From the NCBI GenBank assembly GCA_043228905.1, contig JBHGNT010000017.1, positions 2,232,001 to 2,296,000 on the forward strand: DNA of 64,000 bases, read 5' to 3'. The position numbers and the translations under genes are program-made. The stretch is from Azolla caroliniana (Eukaryota; Plantae; Polypodiophyta). The notes under the pieces were generated by a model, which worked only from the letters and a program-made list of their open reading frames with translations, was not told the origin of the DNA and did no database searches. Of this stretch, positions 63,471 to 64,000 are shown in pieces (position 1 is the first letter of the stretch; each line of letters opens with the position of its first letter).

Positions 63471-64000
63471 ATGAGTGAAGATTCACCGTTCTCGATTGAA
63501 GAATATTGTTTGTCATCAGACCCATCGTTTTCTACTGAAGAGTATTGTTTGTCAACAGAGTCACCATATTCGATTGAAGAATATTGTCTTTCGACCGACT
63601 CACCATATTCTATCGAAGAATATTGTCTGAGCTCATCTACAGGGAATGTAAATAATGACACATGTGAAGAGTTCTCTATTGAAGAATACGATATTAATAA
63701 AGATACCGAGAATGAAGGAAGTGCCCAGGAAACATTGAATAACATTGGCGATGGTCAGAATAGAGAATTAGACTGTAACAAGGTTACACCAACCTCTATG
63801 CAGGAAGAGAAATCTGGGAGCCCTATGCATATTAGAAGAATCCCACGAAGAATTCGTCTGGCTAGATTTAGCTTGGTGACATCAGATAAACAGATTGGAT
63901 TTGATGTCAACAAAATATGTTGTGCCCGTGGTTGTATGTCTATGATTGGAAAATCAAAGTTGCGAGAATTAAGGCGATACTATTTTTCGATGACCGGTGA
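63471..64000 (+). CDS. Sola-like transposase copy B, N-terminus (open to window end)
   Basis: MSEDSPFSIEEYCLSS... with five (F/Y)S(I/T)EEY repeats, then RRIPRRIRLARFSLVTSDKQIGFDVNKICCARGC, homologous to 48502-48975(-). Confidence 0.75.
   Translation, partial: MSEDSPFSIEEYCLSSDPSFSTEEYCLSTESPYSIEEYCLSTDSPYSIEEYCLSSSTGNVNNDTCEEFSIEEYDINKDTENEGSAQETLNNIGDGQNRELDCNKVTPTSMQEEKSGSPMHIRRIPRRIRLARFSLVTSDKQIGFDVNKICCARGCMSMIGKSKLRELRRYYFSMTG

Overview
Eukaryotic, transposon-dense plant DNA. Copia elements with Met-tRNA PBSs, a plant-type U2 snRNA promoter, an LRR receptor-like protein and eIF(iso)4G point to a land plant; a fern-like genome is only my inference. 1-30.5 kb is a nest of elements: a hAT fragment, a complete Copia (1422-6600), and a second Copia (8110-30515). 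That second Copia is interrupted by a third Copia and by a 12.1-kb TIR element with an 8-bp TSD and a P-element-like transposase remnant, which itself carries a LINE and about 5 kb of CA/TA simple repeats. 30.5-64 kb holds gypsy relics, a solo LTR, a divergent full-length U2 snRNA gene with short (Pol III-like) USE-TATA spacing, an intact single-exon LRR-RLP, a 5'-truncated eIF(iso)4G, an RLP pseudogene and a fourth Copia. It also holds two diverged copies of a two-gene, head-to-head DNA transposon (Sola-like DDD transposase plus an unknown spliced ORF). In both copies the ORF2 intron carries arrays of the same 23-bp CpG-rich palindrome separated by invertible spacers. That element is the best candidate for an undescribed system; the P-like element and the U2 variant come next. 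All family assignments come from motif recall, not database searches.
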